A stretch of DNA of 64,000 nt from Candidatus Nomurabacteria bacterium (GCA_037130925.1 JBAXSC010000003.1:18712-82711); one strand, 5' to 3'; shown: positions 35,549 to 44,250, counted from the first letter of the stretch. Numbers and translations are program-made. Notes: a model not told the origin generated them from the letters alone.

Positions 35549-36292
35549 ATGATGGATTTTTCTAAAGTTGTTGAAAAGATAAAACCAAGTATAGCTTTTA
35601 TAATAACTGGAAACGGCACTGGTTCTGGTTTTGTTTTTCAAAAAAAAGGAATATTAATAACGTGTAATCATGTGGTAGAAGGAAATCAATTTGTTTCAAT
35701 ACGTTTTCCAGATATTGATAATTTTATTCATGCTGAAGTTGTTTTGAGAGACAATGAACATGATTTAGCAATTTTAAAGTTTCAAGATGATTCAAGACAT
35801 CCTTTATCTGTGTGTGAAGTTTCTAATATAAAAGAAGGTATGCCTGTTATATTTTCAGGATATCCTTTAGATTTGCAGGTTTTAACAACACATCAGGGTA
35901 TATTGTCTTCTATATCTAAAGACCAGACAGGGAAGACAAATTATCTTATTGATGGAACTGTTAATTCTGGAAATAGTGGATGTCCTTTAATGGATAAAAA
36001 TGGTGATGTTGTAGGTATTGTAAATGCTAAAAATATAGGACAATTTAGTGGTAGTGATTTATTTAATAAAGTTAAATCTATGTCTTCTGGACTTGTATCT
36101 ATATCAGGAGTTGATATATCAATGATATTAAAAATATTATCTAGTAATACCCAAATGGGTATAGGTTATGCAGTTCCGGTAAGTTATGTTCCAGAACATA
36201 AAGATGTTAGTGATATACTGGTTGAAAAAGTTGTTATTGAAGATGACGGGAAGAAAGATGTGAAAGATAAAACAAAAATAATTAAATTATAA
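35549..36292 (+). CDS. Cytoplasmic trypsin-like (S1/DegP-type) serine protease, no signal peptide, no PDZ
   Basis: Catalytic triad contexts ITCNHVVEG (His), NEHDLAILKF (Asp), GNSGCPLMDKNGDVVGIV (Ser). Confidence 0.8.
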   Translation: MMDFSKVVEKIKPSIAFIITGNGTGSGFVFQKKGILITCNHVVEGNQFVSIRFPDIDNFIHAEVVLRDNEHDLAILKFQDDSRHPLSVCEVSNIKEGMPVIFSGYPLDLQVLTTHQGILSSISKDQTGKTNYLIDGTVNSGNSGCPLMDKNGDVVGIVNAKNIGQFSGSDLFNKVKSMSSGLVSISGVDISMILKILSSNTQMGIGYAVPVSYVPEHKDVSDILVEKVVIEDDGKKDVKDKTKIIKL

Positions 36293-36297
36293 AAAAT

Positions 36298-36615
36298 ATG
36301 AACAATAAAAACAATTATACTTTTATATTTAAATCAGATGGAAGATATCTTGGATTTGTATTTGAAAATAATCTTTTTTCTAGAGATGGTGAATATCTTG
36401 GTTGGATAGAAGGTAATTTTGCTTGGGATAAAAATGGAAATTTTCGCGGAATAACAAATGAGATAAATGGACATATTTATATTTTTATAAATAAATTTAG
36501 TATTCCTCCAATTAAAAGAATTCCTAAATTGGATAATATTATACCTGTGATACCTCCTCCACAACAAAATATTTTACCAATTAGATTGCAAATAGAATTC
36601 CAAGACGGTTTTTAA
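36298..36615 (+). CDS. Small beta-repeat protein with Pro-rich tail
   Basis: Three DG-x-Y/F-x-G-like repeats (SDGRYLGFVFENNLF / SRDGEYLGWIEGNFAW / DKNGNFRGITNEINGHIY), then IPPIKRIPKLDNIIPVIPPPQQNILP; starts 5 nt after the protease stop. Confidence 0.45.
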   Translation: MNNKNNYTFIFKSDGRYLGFVFENNLFSRDGEYLGWIEGNFAWDKNGNFRGITNEINGHIYIFINKFSIPPIKRIPKLDNIIPVIPPPQQNILPIRLQIEFQDGF

Positions 36616-36662
36616 TAACTAATTATTGATTTTTAAATTATAAGAGCTATATTAAATTATAT

Positions 36663-37187
36663 ATGCTCGAAGAGAATAATGTAAATACACAATTAGATAA
36701 TTATAATGGTGGTCCTAAAACAGAAGAGGGTAAAATTATCAGTAGTCAAAACTCTAAAACTCATGGAATATTTTCTTCTGAATTTTTATCTCAAGAAGAA
36801 GAGGAAGAGTTTGATTTTATATTTAAAGGAATATTAGAAGACTACAATATTCAAGAAGGGACCGCTCAAGCTATATTGGCTCTAAATCTGACTATGTCTT
36901 TTATAACATTAAGAAGAATAAATAAAGTAGAAGCTAATATTTTAGAAGATGAGCTTTCTAATAATCAATCTAAAAGTGATTTAAATCTAGCTAAATTAAA
37001 TTTACTAGCTAGATATAAAGTATCAGCCGAGAATGGTGTTTATAAGGTTTTGGCGATAATTAAAAATGTTGGTGATGATGTTAGGAATAGCAGGTTCGAA
37101 GCTTCTCTAAGGGCAAATTCTAGCCTTATACGTGATATTATGGGGGATAAATTCTTCTCTAGGAATAATAAAAAAATGGTTATATAA
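36663..37187 (+). CDS. Hypothetical protein
   Basis: 174 aa; N-terminal GGPKTEEGKIISSQNSKTHGIFS motif, acidic stretch, helical remainder. Confidence 0.4.
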   Translation: MLEENNVNTQLDNYNGGPKTEEGKIISSQNSKTHGIFSSEFLSQEEEEEFDFIFKGILEDYNIQEGTAQAILALNLTMSFITLRRINKVEANILEDELSNNQSKSDLNLAKLNLLARYKVSAENGVYKVLAIIKNVGDDVRNSRFEASLRANSSLIRDIMGDKFFSRNNKKMVI

Positions 37188-37217
37188 TATTCATATTACA
37201 AAACGAACTTAAAACCT

Positions 37218-38066
37218 ATGAGGAAGCTAAATATAAAAGACTACGCATACATTTCAAAGTTATATTCTGAAATAAAAAATACATTGAAATCTAAAAATAA
37301 TATTAATTTAGTAGAAAAATTATCTTTAGTTGTTAATTTTTGTGTTCTCTTAGAAAAATTAATAAAATTAAGACTCTCAGTAGAAAATAAGTTATTGGTT
37401 TATTATGGTAAAAGTTTTAATGATGATTTTATATTTGGGATTTTGAAAGATAAAATTCCTCCAACAAGCTTTGAAGCAAAAACTAAGACTTTTAATGAAG
37501 CAAATAATTTGTTTAATAAATTATTTGATGTTTTTTCTGAGAATGAAATATTATTGCTCGATAATATATACAATATAAGAAACGCTATTGTTCATAGTTA
37601 TTTTCAAGATAATAAAATATTAGATAGTGAGGAGAACATAATAAAAGATATTTCTACAATTTTAGATAAAGTTAACTCATTACTTGAAGAAATGTTTGGA
37701 AAAGAGGCTATAGCTTCAATAAAAATTGGAGGAGAAGAAAAGTATTCTAAAGAAGAGTTGGAAGAGGTATTGAGAGAACAGGTTAGAAAAAAGATTTTAT
37801 ATGGAAGAAATAAAAGGACTAATTATTTTTTTGATAAGCTTTCTATGATTAAAACAGAAGAATATAGTTTTCCAAATAATGGACTATCATGTCCAGCCTG
37901 TGGAAATTATTCACTAGAAGGAAAGGATATTGAAAATAATTTTTATCCAATAGCTGTATCAGTTTTTAATTATAAAGATAAAGATATTTACATATGTTCA
38001 AAATGCGGCCTTCAATTAACTAAAAGGGAATACGAAATCGCTAAAGAAATTAAATTTAATATTTAA
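37218..38066 (+). CDS. HEPN-like (Rx4H) protein with C-terminal CxxC...CxxC zinc ribbon
   Basis: All-alpha N-terminal 160 aa with NIYNIRNAIVHSYF (R-x4-H); C-terminus LSCPACGN ... YICSKCGLQL. Confidence 0.55.
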   Translation: MRKLNIKDYAYISKLYSEIKNTLKSKNNINLVEKLSLVVNFCVLLEKLIKLRLSVENKLLVYYGKSFNDDFIFGILKDKIPPTSFEAKTKTFNEANNLFNKLFDVFSENEILLLDNIYNIRNAIVHSYFQDNKILDSEENIIKDISTILDKVNSLLEEMFGKEAIASIKIGGEEKYSKEELEEVLREQVRKKILYGRNKRTNYFFDKLSMIKTEEYSFPNNGLSCPACGNYSLEGKDIENNFYPIAVSVFNYKDKDIYICSKCGLQLTKREYEIAKEIKFNI

Positions 38067-38071
38067 AAACT

Positions 38072-38707
38072 ATGATTAGAAAAAATCATTTTAGTCCTAT
38101 ACTAGATAATACTTTATCTAATCTTATAGACATGTTGGAAGTTCTGATTTCTTATTCAGAGAAATATCAAATTGAAGATAGAGAACTAAAAAGAAAAATA
38201 GATGGACTGTATATAGATATTTTGTGGTCCGCTAGAAAATTAGATTCTAGTTTAGATTATCCAGATACTATATTTGGAAATAAAGATTTAGTAGTTAAAA
38301 AGAAACATCAAGATATCAAAATATATGATGATAATTATAGAAAATCAATTCAAAACTTTATTAAGACAGTTTCAGAACTACCTATAAAGTCAAAGAATTT
38401 ATTTTTAATTGAAGTTGAAATTGACACAAAGGCAGGTGTAATCAAAAGATTAGATAATGGAAATATTTGTAAATTTAGAAGTCATAAAAATAGTAATAGA
38501 TTTAGTTTTATTACTAAAATAGCAAAAGGTTATTCTAAAGGTAAAAGTTTGGCAGAAAAATTACCTTACCTAAGTAAGGATATTAAAATAATTAATGAAA
38601 GATTATCTAAAGATTTAAACTTAGTTGATAAGTTTATAATTAATGACACTAAAAAACAAACAGGTTATCATTTAAATGATAACTTCTATAAAGTTAAATT
38701 GATATAG
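38072..38707 (+). CDS. Hypothetical protein (possible C-terminal DNA-binding helix region)
   Basis: 211 aa, starts 5 nt after the HEPN gene; no confident motif. Confidence 0.4.
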   Translation: MIRKNHFSPILDNTLSNLIDMLEVLISYSEKYQIEDRELKRKIDGLYIDILWSARKLDSSLDYPDTIFGNKDLVVKKKHQDIKIYDDNYRKSIQNFIKTVSELPIKSKNLFLIEVEIDTKAGVIKRLDNGNICKFRSHKNSNRFSFITKIAKGYSKGKSLAEKLPYLSKDIKIINERLSKDLNLVDKFIINDTKKQTGYHLNDNFYKVKLI

Positions 38708-38708
38708 T

Positions 38709-38768
38709 TAACCTTAATTCTTGCAATGTGAGTATTTTCTAATCTTGTAAAATAAGGTTATTTTTTCT
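38709..38768 (+). terminator. Possible terminator / large-loop hairpin at the end of the cassette
   Basis: TAACCTTA (38709-38716) pairs with TAAGGTTA (38753-38760), then T6; GTTAACCT is repeated at 38707 and 38774. Confidence 0.35.
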
Positions 38769-38824
38769 ATTGGGTTAACCTAAAACCAATTATATTTTTT
38801 CTTATAAAAATCTAAAATGTTCTT

Positions 38825-38974
38825 ATGACATTAGAAGAGTTTAAAGAAAAAATATTAGGCGAAGATATTAAAAATATGTCTAATAAAGACATAGAAGACA
38901 GATATAAATTTCATTTGAATTTTTTTAATACTGCTTTTAAAAAATGGAAATATAATAAATCTAAAATGATATAA
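38825..38974 (+). CDS. Small ORF upstream of the recombinase (candidate accessory/directionality factor)
   Basis: 49 codons, MTLEEFKEKILGEDIKNMSNKDIEDRYKFHLNFFNTAFKKWKYNKSKMI; ends 10 nt before the recombinase ATG; below the ORF-track length cut-off. Confidence 0.25.
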   Translation: MTLEEFKEKILGEDIKNMSNKDIEDRYKFHLNFFNTAFKKWKYNKSKMI

Positions 38975-38983
38975 TGGAAATAT

Positions 38984-40720
38984 ATGGAATCTCTTATTTA
39001 TGTTATTGGTTATGCTAGAGTTAGTAGTGTTGACCAAGCTAGAGGTAATGACAGCTTAGAGAATCAAGAATTTAGTATTAGAGAATACTGTAAACGAAAA
39101 GGATATATTCTATTTGAAGACAAAGTTTTTAAGGAAGCATTTACTGGGAGTAATACTTTTCGTCCCGCATATACAAAAATAAAAGAAATTTTACAAAGTA
39201 TTAATAATGGAAAGATTAAAAAAATAAAATATTTAATTTTTTATGATTTTGATAGATTAACAAGAGGTGGTTCAGATGAATACGAAAAGATATGGTCAGA
39301 GATGGAGACTTTCAGTGTTGAATTAAGAGATACAAAAGATGAAATAATTAAAGAGGATAGAGACTTAATGAAAGAAGAATTTGGTTTCGATTATAGTTTT
39401 TCTTGGGCAAAAGGAAGACCTAGTGAGGATATGGAAAAACAGAGAACTGAAGAAGCAAAGCGGGATAAAAAGAGAATTTTACAGAAATTAATTTTTTCAG
39501 AAATAAGATTAACTCAAAATGGTTATCAGATTGGTAAACCGGACTATGGTTTCAGAAACAAAAAGATTCTAGCTGGAACGAAAGAAAGATTTGTTCAGTC
39601 TCCTTATGAAGATGAAGCTAAGTTTGTTATTGAAATGTTTAATCTTAGAGCTGAAGGGGTTTTCTCAGATAATGAAATTTGCGACAAAATAAATGCTATG
39701 GGTTATAAGAGTGCTAGAAGAAAAAAATGGAGTAAGGACCAGCAAAATATTATTGGTTATACAGGTAGTGTTAAGTTAAAACCAAAAGAATTACAAAATT
39801 TTATAAAAAGAACTTCATATTGTGGAATTATTTGTAAGAAATGGACAAAATATATACCGATAAAAGCAAAATGGGAAGGTATAGTATCGATAGATTTATG
39901 GAATAGAGCAAACAGGGGAAAATTCTTTTTGGAGCAAGATGATAAAGATAAAGAATCTTTCATGTTGCTTAAAAATATAAATCCTAATTTTTCAAAAAAG
40001 AAACAAAAATATAATCCTAGTTTTAAATATAGAGGTATAGTTTGTTGCGATGTATGTGGCAATCAGATGACAGCTAGTTTTTCGCAAGGTAAAAGTGGTA
40101 AAAAGTTTCCTTTTTATCATTGTTCTAAAAATCATAAACAGTTTAGTAAGACTAAAAAAGAAGTTGAAGATATTATTGATAGCACTATTAATAGTATTTC
40201 TTTCAAAGAAAACTTTATTAAAGAACTTACAAAATCTCTAGAGTTTCAGTTTCAAGAACAAGAGAAAAATTTAGCAAAGTTTACTTCAGAGACAAATATT
40301 AATGTTAGTAATTTAGAAATTGAGAAATCTAAATTATTTGAAGCTTATATTAATGAGCAAGATGAATTTATTAAAAATGAAATAAGAGAAAGATTTAAAA
40401 GAAAAGAAGAGGAAATAGTGAAAGCTAGAAATGAAAGAAATAAAGCAGAGCTTGAAGAAGATGATGTGACTAACTTTTTAAGATTTGCTAAAGAATTAAT
40501 GGAACACCCAGAAAAAACCTTTGAAGATATTGATTCTAAAGAAGAATTACTTAGTGTTTTTAGTCTGTTTGTAGAAGACCTCCCAAGATACTCTGATTTT
40601 ATAAATGGAACACTAAATTTAACTAAATTTTTCAAGCTTAATAAGGAATTCAGTGATAATAAAAACTATTCTGTGGGCGATACAGGATTCGAACCTGTGA
40701 CATCTACAACGTCAATGTAG
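38984..40720 (+). CDS. Large serine recombinase (integrase)
   Basis: N-terminal resolvase domain VIGYARVSSVDQA (catalytic Ser). Recombinase domain, zinc ribbon CCDVCGN...FYHCSKNH, and a coiled coil. The last 47 nt overlap tRNA-Val antisense. Confidence 0.9.
   Translation: MESLIYVIGYARVSSVDQARGNDSLENQEFSIREYCKRKGYILFEDKVFKEAFTGSNTFRPAYTKIKEILQSINNGKIKKIKYLIFYDFDRLTRGGSDEYEKIWSEMETFSVELRDTKDEIIKEDRDLMKEEFGFDYSFSWAKGRPSEDMEKQRTEEAKRDKKRILQKLIFSEIRLTQNGYQIGKPDYGFRNKKILAGTKERFVQSPYEDEAKFVIEMFNLRAEGVFSDNEICDKINAMGYKSARRKKWSKDQQNIIGYTGSVKLKPKELQNFIKRTSYCGIICKKWTKYIPIKAKWEGIVSIDLWNRANRGKFFLEQDDKDKESFMLLKNINPNFSKKKQKYNPSFKYRGIVCCDVCGNQMTASFSQGKSGKKFPFYHCSKNHKQFSKTKKEVEDIIDSTINSISFKENFIKELTKSLEFQFQEQEKNLAKFTSETNINVSNLEIEKSKLFEAYINEQDEFIKNEIRERFKRKEEEIVKARNERNKAELEEDDVTNFLRFAKELMEHPEKTFEDIDSKEELLSVFSLFVEDLPRYSDFINGTLNLTKFFKLNKEFSDNKNYSVGDTGFEPVTSTTSM
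40672..40680. repeat. Right copy of the 9-bp att core TGTGGGCGA
   Basis: Antisense of tRNA-Val positions 67-73 plus 2 trailer nt; identical to 33731-33739. Confidence 0.55.
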
Positions 40721-40746
40721 CGCTCTACCAACTGAGCTAACCGCCC
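40674..40746 (-). tRNA. tRNA-Val (anticodon GAC)
   Basis: Minus strand: GGGCGGT-TA-GCTC-AGTTGGT-AGAGC-G-CTACA-TTGACGT-TGTAG-ATGTC-ACAGG-TTCGAAT-CCTGT-ATCGCCC-A. Perfect cloverleaf, no encoded CCA. Confidence 0.9.
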
Positions 40747-40790
40747 TAATTTTCAAATTATATCATAATTTAAATTTTTGAAAAATTTCT

Positions 40791-40801
40791 TATGATATAA
40801 T
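40791..40801 (+). promoter_or_regulatory. Extended -10 promoter, TATGATATAAT
   Basis: The -10 ends 9 nt before the ATG at 40811. Confidence 0.6.
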
Positions 40802-40810
40802 TTATTTATT

Positions 40811-41512
40811 ATGAAGAAAAATATTCCTGAAAAAATTATTTTAATTTCTGGTGGAAGTGATGGACTCGGTCTTGCTACAGCCAGAGCTTTATTTGAAAAT
40901 AATACAGTTATAATTCTATCTCCCGAAAAAGATAAAATGATAGAAATTAAAAAGCATTTTGATATTGATTATGTCGTGGCAGATGTGACAAAAGAAGAAG
41001 AAATAGAATTAGCTGTAAAAGATGTGATCAAAAAATATGGGCGTATTGATGTTTTAATAAATAATGCAGGGATTTGGATTGAAGGAAAACTCGAAGAAAA
41101 TGATTTTTCAAGAATTAAAAAAGTTTTTGATGTGAATGTTTTAGGATATATCCTTCTTACTAAAGAAGTTTTGCCTTATATGAAAAAGATAAAGAGTGGA
41201 AGAATAATAAATATTGTCTCTCAGGCTGGTCTTTATCCAAAAGCTGAAAGAAGTGTCTATCATGCAAGTAAATACGCTGTAAAAGGATTTATGGACTCTA
41301 TGGCTATAGAAGTAGCACCTTTTGGTATTTCTGTATCAGGATTTTATCCAGATAAAATGAATACTCATTTTTTTGAAAAGGCAGGAAATAAAAAGGCCTG
41401 TAAAGAATTTATTGATGTGGAAGAATCTGTGAGATGTATAGAGTTTTTAGTTGATACAAATTCTGATTTAAATATTCCAGAATTAGGTATTAAAAAATTG
41501 AATCAGTATTAA
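40811..41512 (+). CDS. Short-chain dehydrogenase/reductase
   Basis: ILISGGSDGLGLATARAL (TGxxxGxG-like), NNAG, YHASKYAVKGF (YxxxK). Confidence 0.85.
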   Translation: MKKNIPEKIILISGGSDGLGLATARALFENNTVIILSPEKDKMIEIKKHFDIDYVVADVTKEEEIELAVKDVIKKYGRIDVLINNAGIWIEGKLEENDFSRIKKVFDVNVLGYILLTKEVLPYMKKIKSGRIINIVSQAGLYPKAERSVYHASKYAVKGFMDSMAIEVAPFGISVSGFYPDKMNTHFFEKAGNKKACKEFIDVEESVRCIEFLVDTNSDLNIPELGIKKLNQY

Positions 41513-41571
41513 TTTTAAAGGATATTTAGATGATTTAATTTTCTTAACTTTTCGAGCAAAAAATCTGTTTT

Positions 41572-41582
41572 TATGATAGAAT
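41572..41582 (+). promoter_or_regulatory. Extended -10 promoter, TATGATAGAAT
   Basis: 54 nt upstream of the secA ATG. Confidence 0.55.
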
Positions 41583-41635
41583 GTAAAGACATTTTTAACT
41601 AATATTTATTTTATTGCTGAAAAAGCTAATTTTTT

Positions 41636-44248
41636 ATGGCCACATTTTTAAGTAAACTTTTTAAAACCGAAGATCAGAAATTATATAAAAAACTTTCACC
41701 AATTGTGGATGAGGTTTTTGCATTTGAAGAAGATTTAAAGAAATTATCTGATTTGGAATTAAAAGAAAAAAGTCTTGGATTGAAAAGTAAGATAATGGGT
41801 GAAATTAAAATCGAAGAAGATGTTTTGAATGCTAAAAATTTAGATGATTTAGAATATAAACTCGAAAGTCAGAAAATCGTTCAAGAAATTTTAGATAATA
41901 ATCTCGCTCTAGCTTTTGCTCTTGTGCGTGAGTCTGCCAGGAGAACTTTAAATATGATGCATTATCCTGTTCAAATTATTGGAGGAGTAATGATGCATCG
42001 TGGACATATTGCTGAAATGCGTACAGGAGAAGGAAAAACTTTGGTAGCAACTTTGCCTGCATATCTTAATGCTCTTTCTGGAAAAGGTGTACACGTCGTG
42101 ACTGTAAATGATTATCTTTCAAAAAGAGACGCTGTATGGATGGGAAGAATTTATGATTTGCTTGGTTTAAGTGTTGGTATTTTAAATCATCAAGTTTCTT
42201 ATTTATTTGATAGAGATGCTGTAGGAAAAAGAGATGAGGAAAAAGAAAAGAAGGATGATAATGAAATTAAAGAAGAAGGAAGCTTCAAAATAGAAAATGA
42301 ATATTTGAAAATGATTTCTCGTCGAGAAGCTTATAATGCAGATATTACTTATGGTACAAATAATGAATTTGGATTTGATTTCTTGCGTGATAATTTAATT
42401 TATAATGAAGATCAACTTGTACAGAAGGGGCATAATTTTGCAATTGTTGACGAAGTCGACTCTATTTTAATAGACGAATCAAGAACTCCTTTAATTATTT
42501 CTTCAGAAGCTACTGATTCTGATGAGCTTTACAAGAGATTTGCTCGTTTTGCAGACAAATTAATCGAAGATGAAGACTATGAAAAAGACGAGAAACAAAG
42601 ATCTATTTCTTTACTTCCTACTGGAATTGAAAAAGCAGAAAAAGATTTTAATTTGCAAAATTTTTATGCTGCAGAAAATATAAAATTAATTCATCATCTT
42701 GAAACAGCTGTCAGAGCAAAAGCCCTTTTCTTAAAAGAAAAACAATATGTTGTAAAAGATATTCAAAAAGAAAATGGTCAAACTCAAAAAGAAGTCATTA
42801 TTGTCGATGAATTTACAGGAAGAATGCAGCCTGGACGTCGCTGGAGTGATGGATTACATCAAGCTGTAGAAGCAAAAGAAAATGTTTCAATACAAAAAGA
42901 ATCAAAGACTATTGCAAGTATCACATTCCAGAATTATTTTAGATTTTATAAAAAGCTTTCTGGAATGTCAGGTACAGCTAAAACTTCAGAAGAAGAATTT
43001 TTCAAAGTTTACAATCTTCCTGTTTCAACAATTCCTACACATAGAGCGGTTGTTCGTGATGATAGACAAGATTTAATTTTCCAAACAGAAAAAGGAAAAC
43101 TAAAAGCTTTAACAAAAGAAGTTAAAGAATTATTTGAAAAAGGACAACCAATTCTTATTGGTACTATTTCTATTGAAAAAAATGAAATGATTTCTAAGTA
43201 TCTTGAAAGAGAAAAAATTCCTCATAATATTTTGAATGCTAAAAATCATGAAAGAGAAGGAGAGATAATTGCTATGGCTGGTAAAAAGCGTGCTGTGACT
43301 ATTGCTACAAATCTTGCAGGTCGTGGAGTAGATATTAAATTAGGTGGTCCAAATGCGTCTGATGCTGAAAAAGAGGAAGTGAATAATCTTGGAGGGCTGG
43401 TTGTGATCGGTACAGAGAGACATGAGGCTCGTCGTATTGATAATCAGCTCCGTGGTCGCTCAGGAAGACAAGGAGATAATGGTATGACACAATTCTTTGT
43501 TTCTCTTGAAGATGATCTTATGCGTGTCTTTGGAGGCTCTCCAGTAAAAAATATGATGAATAAATTTGGTATCCCTGAAGATATGCCAATTAAATCAAAA
43601 ATGGTTTCTAATATGCTTGAGAGTGCTCAAGAAAAAATTGAAGGATTCCATTTCGATGCTAGAAAACATACTCTACAATATGACGATGTTTTGAATCATC
43701 AACGCCAAGGTATTTATGAAAGACGTAGAAAAGTTTTATTAAATGAAAATAATGAAATAAATAATATTTTGGCTGAGCTTTATGAAGTAAAGGCAGAGTT
43801 AAAAGATTTCATCGAAGAAAAAATAAATAAATATACTAAAGAAACTTTATATGAAGTATTGCGTACTGTTTATTTGCAAATAATAGACCAGTATTTCATG
43901 GCACATCTAGAACATATGGATCATATTCGTCAGTCTGTGAATCTTCGTGCTTATGGTCAAAGAGATCCGTTAGTAGAATATAAAAAAGAAGCTCTTGCGA
44001 CTTATAGAGCTATGCAAGAAAAAATGAAAGAAGATTTTTATAATTTTATAACTCATGTCGATAATGTAATTGCAAATATAGAAGCTCAAAAAATAATGCA
44101 AAATTCACAATTAAAGAACCAAACTCACACATCAAGCGATAATCAAAATGGTGAAGAAAAAATAGGTAGAAATGATATGTGTCCTTGTGGTAGTGGTAAA
44201 AAAGTTAAAAAATGTGATTGTAGTCAATATGAATATTTAAGAAAATAA
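41636..44248 (+). CDS. secA: Preprotein translocase ATPase SecA
   Basis: 870 aa; MRTGEGKTLVATLPAYLNAL Walker A, DEVDSILIDESRTPLIIS, C-terminal zinc motif CPCGSGKKVKKC. Confidence 0.95.
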   Translation: MATFLSKLFKTEDQKLYKKLSPIVDEVFAFEEDLKKLSDLELKEKSLGLKSKIMGEIKIEEDVLNAKNLDDLEYKLESQKIVQEILDNNLALAFALVRESARRTLNMMHYPVQIIGGVMMHRGHIAEMRTGEGKTLVATLPAYLNALSGKGVHVVTVNDYLSKRDAVWMGRIYDLLGLSVGILNHQVSYLFDRDAVGKRDEEKEKKDDNEIKEEGSFKIENEYLKMISRREAYNADITYGTNNEFGFDFLRDNLIYNEDQLVQKGHNFAIVDEVDSILIDESRTPLIISSEATDSDELYKRFARFADKLIEDEDYEKDEKQRSISLLPTGIEKAEKDFNLQNFYAAENIKLIHHLETAVRAKALFLKEKQYVVKDIQKENGQTQKEVIIVDEFTGRMQPGRRWSDGLHQAVEAKENVSIQKESKTIASITFQNYFRFYKKLSGMSGTAKTSEEEFFKVYNLPVSTIPTHRAVVRDDRQDLIFQTEKGKLKALTKEVKELFEKGQPILIGTISIEKNEMISKYLEREKIPHNILNAKNHEREGEIIAMAGKKRAVTIATNLAGRGVDIKLGGPNASDAEKEEVNNLGGLVVIGTERHEARRIDNQLRGRSGRQGDNGMTQFFVSLEDDLMRVFGGSPVKNMMNKFGIPEDMPIKSKMVSNMLESAQEKIEGFHFDARKHTLQYDDVLNHQRQGIYERRRKVLLNENNEINNILAELYEVKAELKDFIEEKINKYTKETLYEVLRTVYLQIIDQYFMAHLEHMDHIRQSVNLRAYGQRDPLVEYKKEALATYRAMQEKMKEDFYNFITHVDNVIANIEAQKIMQNSQLKNQTHTSSDNQNGEEKIGRNDMCPCGSGKKVKKCDCSQYEYLRK

Positions 44249-44250
44249 TT

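Larger units (their letters stand above)
33731..40680 (+). mobile_element. Putative integrative element (about 6.9 kb) inserted at the 3' end of tRNA-Val, serine-recombinase type
   Basis: 9-bp direct repeats at both ends. Large serine recombinase at the tRNA-proximal end. The joined ends give AAAAACTATT-CTGTGGGCGA-AATGGTTTTT with 9/10 inverted arms. Interior genes are all accessory. Confidence 0.6.

Noticed and set aside
38707-38781. 8-bp direct repeat GTTAACCT (38707 and 38774) upstream of the recombinase, as a regulatory or RDF-binding site
   Set aside because: The repeat is short, has only two copies and contains a simple palindrome (GTTAAC). That is insufficient evidence beyond the overlapping hairpin already listed.
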